Counted from the stretch's first letter, positions 36,413-46,642 are shown. The stretch: DNA of 62,254 nucleotides from Candidatus Yanofskybacteria bacterium RIFCSPLOWO2_02_FULL_45_18 (GCA_001795795.1 MGKV01000007.1:14553-76806); one strand, 5' to 3'. Translations and numbers: made by a program. The notes: generated by a model from the letters alone, not told the origin.

Positions 36413-36970
36413 TTATGCGAAACATAATATTAGAGCGGCCTTCGCGCTGTTTACGGCGATGAATATCCAGAAATTGATTTTGAGAAGTTTTCCGGCGACA
36501 ACGGAAGCGGTATCAATTCCCGGTATTACGGGGAAAATAAAAGGGATGAATATAATATAGCGGCCGTAATGGCTGATTAGAAATTTAAGCCAGCGGTCAA
36601 CAATGCCGGCAAGCTTGTCGGCTAGCGAGGTTTGCTTGAATAGTTTTTGGCCGCCAGCGGTTCCCAGCCACGTAAGAACCGTCATAAGCGTAGTGAAAGA
36701 CCAATAGGTCAAAAATATCTCAACCGCAGGCCAACTCTCGTGCGATGCCAGAATCACAAAAAGTTCAGGACGAAAATAGAGAAAAGGATAGGTGTTCGCT
36801 CGGGCTTTGATGGCGGCGGAAAGATTAAAGTTAAAAACCCTGTCAATAAGATTTGCTCCCGACAAAATCCCTATGGCCAAAATGCGTGGGACGGCCCAGT
36901 AGATGATTAAACACGCCAAAATTATAAATACGGCAACTTTTATAATTTCCCAAGATCTTGTTGCGGTCAT
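36413..36970 (-). CDS. Small polytopic membrane protein, hypothetical
   Basis: 185-aa ORF with 4-5 hydrophobic helices. The terminator CCCCC-TGAAT-GGGGG lies at its 3' end. Confidence 0.6.
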   Translation of the reverse strand: MTATRSWEIIKVAVFIILACLIIYWAVPRILAIGILSGANLIDRVFNFNLSAAIKARANTYPFLYFRPELFVILASHESWPAVEIFLTYWSFTTLMTVLTWLGTAGGQKLFKQTSLADKLAGIVDRWLKFLISHYGRYIIFIPFIFPVIPGIDTASVVAGKLLKINFWIFIAVNSAKAALILCFA

Positions 36971-37119
36971 TGCGTCCTCTTAAATTGTTGCGGTGCTGGC
37001 TATGATATGCTCTCAAATTACTCAAGCGTCAAGGGTGGATAAGTTTTGTTGACTGTTCCTGCCGGAGTGGAATAATTGACGGAAGATAAAGCACTTTCAA
37101 AACACAGAATGGAGAGCGT

Positions 37120-38019
37120 GTGAAATTAAAAATCAGCTCAGGATTATTTGCCGCTATTTTTCTGGTTCTTATTTATCTTTTTTGGAATAACAAACTAGGC
37201 GGACCGTCACCCTTGTCAGCGGTTGACGCGAACCCAACCTCGCAAGATATTGAACAGTGGTCGGTAGAACATTTTCAGAAAGAGGGTTGGCGTATCTGGA
37301 ACAACAACCCCTCGCTGGATACTTACAGCCGCAATTTTGACAGCGGCGAGAAACGCGACGGCAATTTGCAATTTGCTCCTTGGGGTAAAGATAACTGGGG
37401 ACTTAAGGCCTATGGCTGGGGCGAGGGTGTGGGTGAGAAAGATGTTGCCCTATCCCGCCTTAAAGCGCAAGATGGAAAGTTTTATATTAAAGTAAGGCAG
37501 GAGGGCGGTTTTTACGGAAACGGAACAATGATTCAGGGTTGGAACTGGGGCAGTTGCGAAGATGTTCCGTGGCATTGCCCTCCGCCTTTGATAGCAGGAG
37601 ACAAAAAGATAGTCCTTAGCCTTGATTTGAAAATTGACAGTATTGATCCCGGCCAGTGGTACTCTCTGACCCGCTGGCTGATGATCGGGGCGACTTTTTG
37701 GTTCCGTTCGCCGGATTTGCCCAAACCGCTAGTTACAGATCTGGGATTTTATATAAACCGAAGCATCATGTTCTCCCATGAAAGCGCCAGCGGGTATCAC
37801 TATCAAAAAATGGTTGTAGCGAATAAAACGGAAGCGATTAATTGTTGGCGGCACTATGATATTGACCTGATATGGTTTATCAATGACGCTTTCCGGCGTT
37901 TCAATATTCCCGAATCAGCCAGAAAAACACTGGCTCTTCAGTCCGTGGAAATGCTGGTGGAAAGCAAAGAGTCAGGTGCGGCAATAGAAGTAGGCAACTT
38001 CGCTCTTTATTACAAGTGA
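37120..38019 (+). CDS. Secreted/anchored hypothetical protein (Trp-rich, possibly carbohydrate-related)
   Basis: 299-aa ORF with a GTG start and an N-terminal TM helix. Lies next to a glycosidase-like gene. Confidence 0.6.
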   Translation: MKLKISSGLFAAIFLVLIYLFWNNKLGGPSPLSAVDANPTSQDIEQWSVEHFQKEGWRIWNNNPSLDTYSRNFDSGEKRDGNLQFAPWGKDNWGLKAYGWGEGVGEKDVALSRLKAQDGKFYIKVRQEGGFYGNGTMIQGWNWGSCEDVPWHCPPPLIAGDKKIVLSLDLKIDSIDPGQWYSLTRWLMIGATFWFRSPDLPKPLVTDLGFYINRSIMFSHESASGYHYQKMVVANKTEAINCWRHYDIDLIWFINDAFRRFNIPESARKTLALQSVEMLVESKESGAAIEVGNFALYYK

Positions 38020-38076
38020 AAAATCCCGTCTTCTGTTTTCTGAAAGAAAAAAGAAGACGGGATTTTAATTTGAAAC

Positions 38077-39060
38077 TTATTTTATCAGAGCCATAATTTT
38101 ATCTTTTTCCAGATATCCTCCGCAAATTGAGGTATCGCCGGCGCCCCAATAAATGTTAATGCGATTGCTTCGCGGTCCCAGATCCACCGTAGCGCAGGAA
38201 AAAACAACATTGCGCACATGGCCGTAGAGTTCTTCCAGTTTTTCGGGACGCAAGACGGGGGCAGGGTGAAGATAGAGTATTTTAGAAGGGTCTTTTTTAT
38301 CCACCACCATGAAACCGAGTGTGTATCTGAAATTTGCTCCGCTTAGTCCCTTTCCCTGTTTGACATGAAAAACTATCAGCCAGCCGTTTTCAAGTTTAAC
38401 CGGTGGACCGGCAAGCCCAATTCTGTTTTGGCGCTTGACGGCATCTTGGTAGACTTGGCCGGGGGACAGCAAAATCTGACAATCGGACCAGCCGCTTTGA
38501 AGTGTCAGATCCTTGGATCGGGCTAGACAGATACAGCGGTTCTGGCGGAAGATGAGATAGGCGTATGGTCCGAAGGGTTCGCTGAAGACAGCCGCATTTT
38601 TTCTTTCACCTTTGATCGGAGCGCCCACCCATTCAAAATTCTCGAAATCACGTGTTTTCCAGATGCCGAATTTGCTCCACTTGGCGCCTCCAGCGAGATT
38701 GTAGAGCAGTGTTCCGGCAGTGGCAAAAATATAAAAACAGCCATTGACCCATTTGACGATACGGGGGTCCTCAATACCGCAGATAGTCCGGAAATTCCAG
38801 AAGTGGTTATCCCAAAATTTCAAAGCTGGTTTTTCCGATATGTTCCAGTTGACGCCATCCCAACTTTCGGCATAGCCGAGGCTGGAGAACATTCTGACTC
38901 CAATTCTGAAAAGCATCCGGAAGCGGTCTATTGCGGTATCAAAAATTACGCCGCAATTAAATATGCCACGCCAAGATCGGGGGTACCATTTTAATAAAGA
39001 CGAGGGGACGCTCGCGGGAGTAATCAGGGGATTACTGCCGAAACGCCGGATTTCTATCAT
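38077..39060 (-). CDS. Beta-propeller glycosidase-like protein (GH130/DUF377-like)
   Basis: 327-aa ORF. The GIEDPRIV motif and repeated W/G-rich blades. Family assignment is tentative. Confidence 0.55.
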   Translation of the reverse strand: MIEIRRFGSNPLITPASVPSSLLKWYPRSWRGIFNCGVIFDTAIDRFRMLFRIGVRMFSSLGYAESWDGVNWNISEKPALKFWDNHFWNFRTICGIEDPRIVKWVNGCFYIFATAGTLLYNLAGGAKWSKFGIWKTRDFENFEWVGAPIKGERKNAAVFSEPFGPYAYLIFRQNRCICLARSKDLTLQSGWSDCQILLSPGQVYQDAVKRQNRIGLAGPPVKLENGWLIVFHVKQGKGLSGANFRYTLGFMVVDKKDPSKILYLHPAPVLRPEKLEELYGHVRNVVFSCATVDLGPRSNRINIYWGAGDTSICGGYLEKDKIMALIK

Positions 39061-39153
39061 TCTCTGCTCCTAATTTTTATGAACTGACCAGAGAGTAACA
39101 CAAGAGTTGATTGTTGAAAATAGAGTAAATCTGGTAGTATATTAACGGAATAT

Positions 39154-39227
39154 CGGGCTATAGTGTAACGGTAGCACGAGTCCATGGGGTGGATTTAGTG
39201 GCAGTTCAAATCTGCCTAGCCCGACCA
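39154..39227 (+). tRNA. tRNA-Pro (anticodon GGG), CCA encoded
   Basis: Acceptor CGGGCTA/TAGCCCG with C1:G72. Anticodon stem AGTCC/GGATT with loop ATGGGGT. T arm GGCAG-TTCAAAT-CTGCC. Confidence 0.88.
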
Positions 39228-39230
39228 ATC

Positions 39231-39266
39231 AACCCTAAACCCCGCCAATTGGCGGGGTTTAGGGTT
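39231..39266. terminator. Bidirectional terminator palindrome
   Basis: AACCCTAAACCCCGCC-AATT-GGCGGGGTTTAGGGTT between tRNA-Pro and rpmB. Confidence 0.85.
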
Positions 39267-39450
39267 TGGCGACTTTGTGCAAAGTTTTGATGCAGTCGGT
39301 GCAGATCTTAACTCTCTTTCCGCCAATGCGGGCCCATTGCAAATTGGGATAACTTTTAGAACGATTGGTCGGATTATAATGTCCGCGAAGTAACTTTCGC
39401 GTTGTAACCATGATTGGTTTTTTACCGCATTGAGGGCATCGGGTAGCCAT
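39259..39450 (-). CDS. rpmB: 50S ribosomal protein L28
   Basis: MATRCPQCGKKP...PNLQ...V.C..C pattern of bL28 (zinc-ribbon type). Confidence 0.85.
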   Translation of the reverse strand: MATRCPQCGKKPIMVTTRKLLRGHYNPTNRSKSYPNLQWARIGGKRVKICTDCIKTLHKVAKP

Positions 39451-39630
39451 ATAGCGGAGTGGGCTCCCCGAAGTTGCCCGCGAGGGTTCCCGGTCCGCCC
39501 CTCATCTTGCTGGAAGCGAGATTGCTTCCGAAAGACGGCCGGAGGACTGGGATATGCGCAGGCGACGAAAAGGGAACTCTGTTGATTTACAGGGTAACAC
39601 GGAAATGATATATTTTCAATACCCCTATTT

Positions 39631-40227
39631 ATGGATACGCTTTTAGTAAAAGTCGCACAAATCATAATATTCTTATATTCGGTTGTTATCCATGAAGTAT
39701 CTCATGGTGTAATGGCAAACTCTTTAGGCGATACTACGGCCAAGAATATGGGGAGGATTACCCTAAACCCCCTCAAGCATTTAGATTTTTTTGGCTCTAT
39801 AGTTTTGCCGTTCTTAACTGGTTTTGGTTATGCGAAGCCGGTACCGTATAATCCTGCGAATCTTCCGAATCCACGGTCTGGCTCGGTGAAGATTGCATTG
39901 GCCGGTCCGCTGTCTAATGTTGCGTTGGCAATCCTTTTTGGATTGACATTGCGTTTTTTGGGAGGTTATATGGGCAGTCCGCTCCTTGTCGGATTATTTG
40001 AGTATATAGTTTTTGTTAATATCCTTCTCGCCGTTTTTAATATTTTCCCGATACCGCCTCTCGACGGGCACTGGTTGTTAATGGTATTTTTGCCCGACAG
40101 ATATTATAAGCTAAAGCAGCTTCTTTATAAATATAGTATCGTCTTCGTCATCTTTTTTGTGTTTGTTATTTTCCGCCTTATCAGCCCGGTAATTATACCG
40201 ATTTCGCGCTTTATAATCGGATACTAG
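39631..40227 (+). CDS. Site-2 protease family (M50) zinc metalloprotease
   Basis: HEVSHG HExxH motif in a TM helix, NIFPIPPLDG and a polytopic topology. Confidence 0.85.
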   Translation: MDTLLVKVAQIIIFLYSVVIHEVSHGVMANSLGDTTAKNMGRITLNPLKHLDFFGSIVLPFLTGFGYAKPVPYNPANLPNPRSGSVKIALAGPLSNVALAILFGLTLRFLGGYMGSPLLVGLFEYIVFVNILLAVFNIFPIPPLDGHWLLMVFLPDRYYKLKQLLYKYSIVFVIFFVFVIFRLISPVIIPISRFIIGY

Positions 40228-40233
40228 GCCGAT

Positions 40234-40263
40234 TTGACACTAACACTCATATTTTGTTATTAT
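40234..40263 (+). promoter_or_regulatory. Candidate sigma70-type promoter of the str operon
   Basis: TTGACA (40234..40239), an 18-nt spacer, then TATTAT (40258..40263). Confidence 0.5.
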
Positions 40264-40335
40264 CCGTAAGACCCTTGTGGTCTTATTTAGTTAAAAGTGC
40301 AAAATTTTTAATTTTTGATTTAAGTATTGGCGATT

Positions 40336-40746
40336 ATGCCCACATATAGACAACTTCTAAAAAACCCTAGAAAGACCACTAAAGCTAAAACAAAATCACC
40401 GGCTTTAATTTTTGGTTTTAACGCCTTGAAGAACCGGCCGGTGGATTACCCCGCTCCTTTTAAGCGGGGTGTTTGTCTGCAGGTCAGAACCATGACTCCC
40501 AAAAAGCCGAACTCGGCATTGCGTAAAATTGCCCGCGTCAGATTGACTAATGGTATGGAGGTAACCGCTTATATCCCCGGCATCGGCCACAACTTGCAAG
40601 AGCATTCGGTCGTGGTATTGCGCGGCGGAAGGGTTAAGGATTTGCCGGGTATCCGCTATCATATTGTCAGGGGTGTTTTGGACACTGGCGGAGTAGAAGG
40701 CCGGAAACAGCAAAGGTCCAAGTATGGAGCTAAGAGATCAAAATAA
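40336..40746 (+). CDS. rpsL: 30S ribosomal protein S12
   Basis: MPTYRQLLK..., [10 protein letters not shown] and RGG.VKDLPG.RY motifs. Confidence 0.97.
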   Translation: MPTYRQLLKNPRKTTKAKTKSPALIFGFNALKNRPVDYPAPFKRGVCLQVRTMTPKKPNSALRKIARVRLTNGMEVTAYIPGIGHNLQEHSVVVLRGGRVKDLPGIRYHIVRGVLDTGGVEGRKQQRSKYGAKRSK

Positions 40747-41213
40747 TGCGGAGACCTGTCAAAAAAAGAATTGAGATAAATCCGGATATAAAATATTCCA
40801 GCGTTTTGGTTTCCAAATTCATCAACAAAATCATGATTGCCGGCAAAAAATCAATTGCCAGCAAGATCGTATATGGCGCGCTAGAAGATGCCGAGAAAAA
40901 ATTGCAGAAACCCTCGCTGGAAATATTGGAACAAGCCGTGCAGAATGTCAGCCCCTCAATACAGCTTAAGTCCCGAAGGGTTGGCGGTGCCAACTATCAG
41001 ATCCCGGTGGAGGTCAAGCCGGAACGCCGGCTGATGCTGGCGATTATGTGGATTGTCGGCGCGGCGCGGTCGCAAAAAGGCAAAGAGATGAAAGTCAGGC
41101 TTGCTGATGAATTCATCAGCGCTTTCAACAACACCGGCAATGCCGTTAAGAAAAAACTTGACACTCATCGCATGGCCGAGGCCAATAAAGCATTTGCGCA
41201 TTTTGCGTGGTAA
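40746..41213 (+). CDS. rpsG: 30S ribosomal protein S7
   Basis: Position after rpsL. GKKS.A..IVY and RRVGGANYQIPVEV motifs. Confidence 0.96.
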   Translation: MRRPVKKRIEINPDIKYSSVLVSKFINKIMIAGKKSIASKIVYGALEDAEKKLQKPSLEILEQAVQNVSPSIQLKSRRVGGANYQIPVEVKPERRLMLAIMWIVGAARSQKGKEMKVRLADEFISAFNNTGNAVKKKLDTHRMAEANKAFAHFAW

Positions 41214-41224
41214 ATTAGGCAAGT

Positions 41225-41617
41225 ATGATAGAAAGATATTTTAGAAAGGATATCAAACGAGAGATTCCAATTTTTGAAGAAAATGACCTTTTTTCTTTGA
41301 AGGAATTAAGGCGGGGGATGGTTTTTAACTATAAAGGCTACGAAATTACAATTGCTGATCCGACAGCTAAAGATACTACACCATCTCTAATTACTCTCGA
41401 CCTACTTTCTGGGAAATGGATTATTGTTCTTAACGAAGATGTTCCCTTGTCTTTGGTTGTTCCCATTCTTGAGCACGAGGTTTATGAGATAGAGCACAAA
41501 AACCATGAAAAAGCTGTTGAAATTGGAAGAATTAAAGCAGAGGAGTTGGGAGTATTGAATAATTTTTTGGAGTTTGAATATCGATGGCGGGATCATAACA
41601 ATAATTTAAAGCAATGA
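41225..41617 (+). CDS. Hypothetical AT-rich ORF inserted between rpsG and fusA
   Basis: 130-aa ORF whose stop overlaps the fusA ATG (ATGA). Contains a His/Glu cluster, [14 protein letters not shown]. Confidence 0.6.
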   Translation: MIERYFRKDIKREIPIFEENDLFSLKELRRGMVFNYKGYEITIADPTAKDTTPSLITLDLLSGKWIIVLNEDVPLSLVVPILEHEVYEIEHKNHEKAVEIGRIKAEELGVLNNFLEFEYRWRDHNNNLKQ

Positions 41618-43716
41618 GAGATTATCCTATCGAAAAAACTAGGAATATCGGTATTATAGCCCACATAGATGCAGGCAAAACGACCGTTTCAGAGCGGGTT
41701 CTTTTTTATACCGGAATTTCTCATAAAATCGGCGAAGTGCACGAGGGCGAAGCGATAATGGATTGGATGGAACAAGAGCGTGAACGCGGCATTACTATAA
41801 CTGCCGCGGCAACAACCGTGTTTTGGGCCCCTACTGATTCATCTGGTTCGGGCGACAAAATTAAGATTAACTTGATTGATACCCCCGGGCATATAGATTT
41901 TACCGTAGAGGTAAAACGCTCTCTTCGCGTGTTGGATGGAGCGGTTGTCGTTTTTGACGGAGTTGCCGGTGTGGAGCCGCAGTCAGAAACCAACTGGCGT
42001 TATGCCGACGATTACAATGTCCCGCGGCTTTGTTTTATTAATAAGCTTGACCGGTTGGGCGCTTCTTTTGACAAATCTTTCCGGTCAATCTTGGAACGGC
42101 TTTCGCCTCATGCGGTTAAAATTCAGATTCCTGACGGCCACGAAGATAAATTTACTGGCGTTGTGGACTTGCTTGAAATGAAGTTCTATGTTTTTGAAGG
42201 CGAAAAGGGAGAAAAAGTCATCAAAAAAGAAATACCGGCAGACCTCGTGGCCGAAGCGGAGAAAGAAAGAGCGATTGCCGTTGAAAAAATTGTTGAAACT
42301 GATGACGAGGCAATGTCGCAATATCTTGAGGGGAAAGAACCCTCTTTGGAAAATCTGCGCCGGCTTTTACGCAAAGCCGTTATTGCCGGTAAAATTTATC
42401 CCGTGTTTTGCGGCTCGGCCTTAAAAAATAAAGGCGTACAACTTATGCTGGATGCGGTGGCCTATTATTTGCCGTCTCCATTAGATGTGCCGGCAGTTAA
42501 GGGCACTGAAGTAAAAACAGGCCAGGAAACAATCCGTGAAGCTCGTGACGACGCGCCGTTCGCGGCCCTAGCTTTTAAGGTTGCCAGTGATCCTTATGTG
42601 GGTCAGCTTACTTTTTTCCGCGTTTATTCGGGAGTTCTCGCGGCCGGTTCATACATTGTTAATACGACCAATGGACAACAGGAAAGAATTGGCCGCATTG
42701 TCCGGCTGCATGCCAACCAAAGGGAGGAAATAAAAGAAATCCATGCCGGCAATATTGCCGCTGCGGTTGGATTGAAGAATACTAAGACCGGCGATACGCT
42801 TTGCGCTCCGGACAGCCAGATTATTTTGGAAAGAATTATTTTTCCCGAACCCGTCATCTCTTTGCGGATTGAACCTAAGACCAAAGCCGACCAGGAAAAA
42901 ATGGGGCTTGCTTTGCATAAACTTTCGGACGAAGATCCCACTTTTCGGGTCGCTGGCGATGAAGAAACCGGTGAAACGATTATTTCCGGCATGGGCGAAT
43001 TGCACCTTGATGTTCTTGTTGACCGGATGAAAAGGGAATTCGGCGTAGGCGCCAATGTCGGCCGCCCCCAAGTTGCTTACAAAGAAACTATTTCTTCAGC
43101 CGCTGAAGCCGAGGGAAAATATATCCGTCAGTCGGGAGGACGCGGACAATATGGCCATGTTTGGCTGCGCGTTGAGCCGAAAGAACGCGGCGGCGGTTAT
43201 GAATTTGTTGACGACATTAAGGGTGGAGTTATACCGCAGGAGTTCATCGCTCCGTCCGAAAAAGGAGTTAAGGAGGCAATGAGCAAAGGTGTTTTGGCCG
43301 GTTTTCCCATGGTTGATATGCAGGTTACTTTATATGACGGTTCTTATCACGAGGTTGATTCTTCGGAAATTGCCTTCAAAATCGCCGCTTCGGCGGCATT
43401 GCGGGAAGCGACCAAAAGGGCCAAGCCGATTCTGCTTGAACCGATAATGAAAGTGGAAATAATCGTGCCGGAACAATTCTTGGGGGAAACAACCGGTGAT
43501 TTGGCCTCTCGGCGCGGGCAGATTATGAGCATTAACGACCGTAGCCCGCTTAATTTAAAAGTTATTGAGTCAAGGGTTCCGTTGTCGGAAATGTTTGGCT
43601 ATGCCACCTCCTTGAGGTCGCTGACCGAAGGGCGAGGTACTTTTAACATGGAATTTGAACTTTACGACATTGTGCCTAATAATATAGTGGCGCAAATTAT
43701 CGAAGGGAAAAAATAA
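41614..43716 (+). CDS. fusA: Elongation factor G
   Basis: [22 protein letters not shown] and NKLD GTPase motifs across 700 aa. Confidence 0.98.
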   Translation: MRDYPIEKTRNIGIIAHIDAGKTTVSERVLFYTGISHKIGEVHEGEAIMDWMEQERERGITITAAATTVFWAPTDSSGSGDKIKINLIDTPGHIDFTVEVKRSLRVLDGAVVVFDGVAGVEPQSETNWRYADDYNVPRLCFINKLDRLGASFDKSFRSILERLSPHAVKIQIPDGHEDKFTGVVDLLEMKFYVFEGEKGEKVIKKEIPADLVAEAEKERAIAVEKIVETDDEAMSQYLEGKEPSLENLRRLLRKAVIAGKIYPVFCGSALKNKGVQLMLDAVAYYLPSPLDVPAVKGTEVKTGQETIREARDDAPFAALAFKVASDPYVGQLTFFRVYSGVLAAGSYIVNTTNGQQERIGRIVRLHANQREEIKEIHAGNIAAAVGLKNTKTGDTLCAPDSQIILERIIFPEPVISLRIEPKTKADQEKMGLALHKLSDEDPTFRVAGDEETGETIISGMGELHLDVLVDRMKREFGVGANVGRPQVAYKETISSAAEAEGKYIRQSGGRGQYGHVWLRVEPKERGGGYEFVDDIKGGVIPQEFIAPSEKGVKEAMSKGVLAGFPMVDMQVTLYDGSYHEVDSSEIAFKIAASAALREATKRAKPILLEPIMKVEIIVPEQFLGETTGDLASRRGQIMSINDRSPLNLKVIESRVPLSEMFGYATSLRSLTEGRGTFNMEFELYDIVPNNIVAQIIEGKK

Positions 43717-43729
43717 CAAAACCAAGAAT

Positions 43730-43812
43730 CCCGTTAGAGGTAAGCCGCCGAAGGCGGCTACCCGCATCTGCCTCTGGGGATTATTAATTGAAGATGCGGG
43801 ACATCTAACGGG
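43730..43812 (+). other. Three-way-junction structured element (closing stem CCCGTTAGA/TCTAACGGG)
   Basis: Closing stem plus the hairpins GCCGCC-GAAG-GCGGC (5 bp, the sixth 5' C unpaired) and CCCGCATC...GATGCGGG. The closing-stem sequence matches the element at 19134..19212. Confidence 0.6.
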
Positions 43813-44151
43813 ATGGACATAAAAGAATTAAAAAAATTAATAAAAAACGGCGGTTCAGCAGTGATACTTGAAAATGGCGAGCCCTCATTTGTCGTCCTTG
43901 GCTATGAAACTTACAAAAATTTGGACAGTGGAGGCGAGGAGAAGGATATTAAAATAAATCACGCAAATTCTATGCGGCACATTAAGGCGGATACGGATGA
44001 TTATCACAACTCCAATTTTTCCGAAGCGACCAGAGGCAATCTTGAGACCGAAATACTTGAGAAGTTTAATAAGGAGATAGCGGCCATAAAAAGCCAGATT
44101 GAATCGGAAGAGAAAAATTTAATTCAAACCGAAGATTGGCCTGATTTTTAA
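43813..44151 (+). CDS. Hypothetical protein with Phd/YefM-antitoxin-like N-terminus
   Basis: 112-aa ORF. GGSAVILENGEPSFVVLGYETYKNL resembles the Phd/YefM N-domain. No partner toxin ORF. Confidence 0.5.
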   Translation: MDIKELKKLIKNGGSAVILENGEPSFVVLGYETYKNLDSGGEEKDIKINHANSMRHIKADTDDYHNSNFSEATRGNLETEILEKFNKEIAAIKSQIESEEKNLIQTEDWPDF

Positions 44152-44291
44152 AGGACATGTGCGGGGTTGACTTTAACTTATAATTTGCTAAAATACTAAA
44201 ACATACTTATTTTAGTTTCTAGGTTCTAGTTTCTAGGTTTCATCATCCGCGAAAACTATAAGCTACAAGCTATAAACTATAAGCTATTCAG

Positions 44292-45494
44292 ATGGCAGAA
44301 AAATTTGAGAGGACAAAGCCGCATGTAAATGTAGGCACCATTGGCCATGTTGACCATGGCAAAACAACGCTTACCGCGTCGATTTTGCATACTTTAAACA
44401 TGCTTAAAGACGAGGGCTATTCGGCCCGTGTTGAAGCCGTAGACCAGATTGACAACGCGCCGGAAGAAAAAGCCCGCGGTATTACGATTGCCTTGCACCA
44501 CTCTCAATATGAAACTCCGAAAAGACACTATGCCCACATTGATGCTCCCGGTCATGCCGACTATATTAAAAATATGATTACGGGGGCGGCTCAAATGGAC
44601 GGCGCGGTTTTAGTCGTTGCCGCGACTGACGGTCCGATGCCCCAAACTCGCGAGCACATCTTGCTTGCTAGGCAAGTAGGTGTTCCGGCAATTATCGTCT
44701 TCTTAAATAAAGTTGACCAGGTTGATGATCCGGAAATGCTTGATTTGGTTGAGGCCGAGATTAGAGAACTCTTGAATAAATATCAATATCCCGGCGATAC
44801 CACTCCGATTATCCGCGGGTCGGCCTTAAAAGCGCTTGAGTCCAAATCCAAAGAAGATCCGGCTGTTCAGCCGATCAGGCAATTAATTGATGCATTAGAT
44901 AGTTATATTCCTGAACCGCTCAGAGATTACGATAAGCCATTCTTGATGCCGATTGAAGATATTTTTTCAATTGAAGGCCGCGGCACGGTGGTAACTGGCA
45001 AGATTGAGCGCGGAAAAATAAAGTTAAATGATGAAATTGAGATTGTCGGTTTGCGTCCTACAACCAAAACGGTTGTTACCGGCATTGAAATGTTCAACCG
45101 GCAGCTTGACGAAGGCATGGCAGGCGACAACGAGGGAATACTGTTGCGCGGCACCAAGAAAGAGGATGTTGAAAGAGGGCAGGTTTTAGCCAAGCCTAGC
45201 AGTATAACTCCGCATACAGAATTTGAAGCCGAAATTTATGTTTTAACCAAAGAGGAGGGCGGCCGGCATACCCCGTTCTTAAAAGGCTATAAACCGCAAT
45301 TTTACTTTAGGACGACCGATGTAACCGGTGAGACCTTTCTGCCCGAAGGGACCGAAATGGTAATGCCCGGCGACACGGTAACACTAAAAGTAAAATTGAT
45401 TGCTCCTATCGCCATGGAAGAAAAACAGCGGTTCGCCATTAGGGAAGGTGGCAAGACTGTCGGCGCGGGAGCGGTTACCAAAATTATCGCATAA
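44292..45494 (+). CDS. tuf: Elongation factor Tu
   Basis: [18 protein letters not shown] and NKVD motifs. Confidence 0.99.
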   Translation: MAEKFERTKPHVNVGTIGHVDHGKTTLTASILHTLNMLKDEGYSARVEAVDQIDNAPEEKARGITIALHHSQYETPKRHYAHIDAPGHADYIKNMITGAAQMDGAVLVVAATDGPMPQTREHILLARQVGVPAIIVFLNKVDQVDDPEMLDLVEAEIRELLNKYQYPGDTTPIIRGSALKALESKSKEDPAVQPIRQLIDALDSYIPEPLRDYDKPFLMPIEDIFSIEGRGTVVTGKIERGKIKLNDEIEIVGLRPTTKTVVTGIEMFNRQLDEGMAGDNEGILLRGTKKEDVERGQVLAKPSSITPHTEFEAEIYVLTKEEGGRHTPFLKGYKPQFYFRTTDVTGETFLPEGTEMVMPGDTVTLKVKLIAPIAMEEKQRFAIREGGKTVGAGAVTKIIA

Positions 45495-45557
45495 TAAGCG
45501 CTTGCCCAGCTCTTCTAGAAGGGCCGGGCGATTTGCTCTTTGTAAAGTATCGCAAAT

Positions 45558-45881
45558 ATGGCAAAAAAAGCGGATACCAATCAGAAGATACGGATAAAGC
45601 TTAAAGCATACGATAATAAGATTATTGATAAATCAGCTCGACAGATCATCGAGACGATTGAGCGTTACGGCGTGAAGCCAGTCGGCCCTGTGCCATTGCC
45701 TACTGAAATACGCAAGTATACGGTTAACCGCTCAACATTTATTGATAAAAATTCAAGGGAGCAATTTGAGATGAGAATTCATAAGCGTTTTATTGACATT
45801 CTGTCGCCAACGTCTAAAGTTATTGATGCGCTGATGAATCTGAATTTGCCGTCCGGCGTTGATATAGAAATTAAAATGTAG
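45558..45881 (+). CDS. rpsJ: 30S ribosomal protein S10
   Basis: IRIKLKAYD...GPVPLPT pattern and its position. Confidence 0.96.
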   Translation: MAKKADTNQKIRIKLKAYDNKIIDKSARQIIETIERYGVKPVGPVPLPTEIRKYTVNRSTFIDKNSREQFEMRIHKRFIDILSPTSKVIDALMNLNLPSGVDIEIKM

Positions 45882-46037
45882 GATTATTGTTTCTTTATTC
45901 CCAGCCACAGATCGCTTTGGGGCTGGGGAGTAAGGTAGCAACACCTTAAACAATAATGGTTTTTATTTTATTTAAACCAGTCTAAATACAGTTAGGGTTT
46001 AGCTTTGCGTATAGGCCGGCTAAATCCGGCTTTTAAA

Positions 46038-46625
46038 ATGTCCAAATTCATATTAGCTAAAAAATTATCAATGACTCAAATTTTTGAAGAAGACGGAAGA
46101 GTGGCACCGGTTACTTTGGTTGGCGTTGAACCGAATGTTGTTACTCGCATTAAAACCGTTGGTAAAGACGGTTACCAATCGGTTCAGGTGGGGACGGGAA
46201 GTAAAAAAAACTCCGGCGGCTTTAAATATTTGCGAGAATTTAAGATTACGGAACTAAACGAACAACCGCTGAAAGAGGGGGACAAACTGGATGTTTCTGT
46301 TTTTGAATCCGGAGATATGGTCAGAGTATCCGGCGTAACTAAGGGTAAAGGTTTTGCCGGAGCGGTTAAAAGACATGGATTTAGCGGTATGCCTTCCAGC
46401 CACGGCCACAAATCCGTAAAGAGGCACATCGGCTCTATCGGCCAACGTTTCCCTCAGCACACATTAAAAGGAAAACGCATGGCGGGACATATGGGAAATG
46501 TAAATTTTACTGTCCGCGGGCTGATGATTGCCCGGATTGATAACGATAATCAAATAATCGCAATCAGGGGTGCTGTACCGGGTAATGCCGGTGGTTTGGT
46601 CAAAATTGAGAGCATCAGCAAATAA
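46038..46625 (+). CDS. rplC: 50S ribosomal protein L3
   Basis: KGKGFAG.VKRHGF and GS.G.R..P motifs. Internal ATG at 46038. Confidence 0.95.
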   Translation: MSKFILAKKLSMTQIFEEDGRVAPVTLVGVEPNVVTRIKTVGKDGYQSVQVGTGSKKNSGGFKYLREFKITELNEQPLKEGDKLDVSVFESGDMVRVSGVTKGKGFAGAVKRHGFSGMPSSHGHKSVKRHIGSIGQRFPQHTLKGKRMAGHMGNVNFTVRGLMIARIDNDNQIIAIRGAVPGNAGGLVKIESISK

Positions 46626-46642
46626 TTACCGGGCCAATTATC

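Noticed and set aside
36194-36427. 77-aa ORF and mini-ORFs in the ndk downstream spacer.
   Set aside because: There is no SD at a proper distance, the sequence is low complexity, and the region is better explained as a 3' UTR plus the terminator of the convergent membrane protein gene.
39455-39600. SRP (4.5S) RNA or 6S RNA in the rpmB upstream region.
   Set aside because: I could not find the conserved SRP helix 8 motifs (GNRA-capped stem with AGCA/GGAA-type loops) on either strand. The length and shape do not clearly fit 6S either. It is left as an unclassified structured candidate.
43813-44151. A complete toxin-antitoxin system at the fusA-tuf junction.
   Set aside because: Only an antitoxin-like N-terminal motif is present, and no adjacent toxin-sized ORF exists on either strand.
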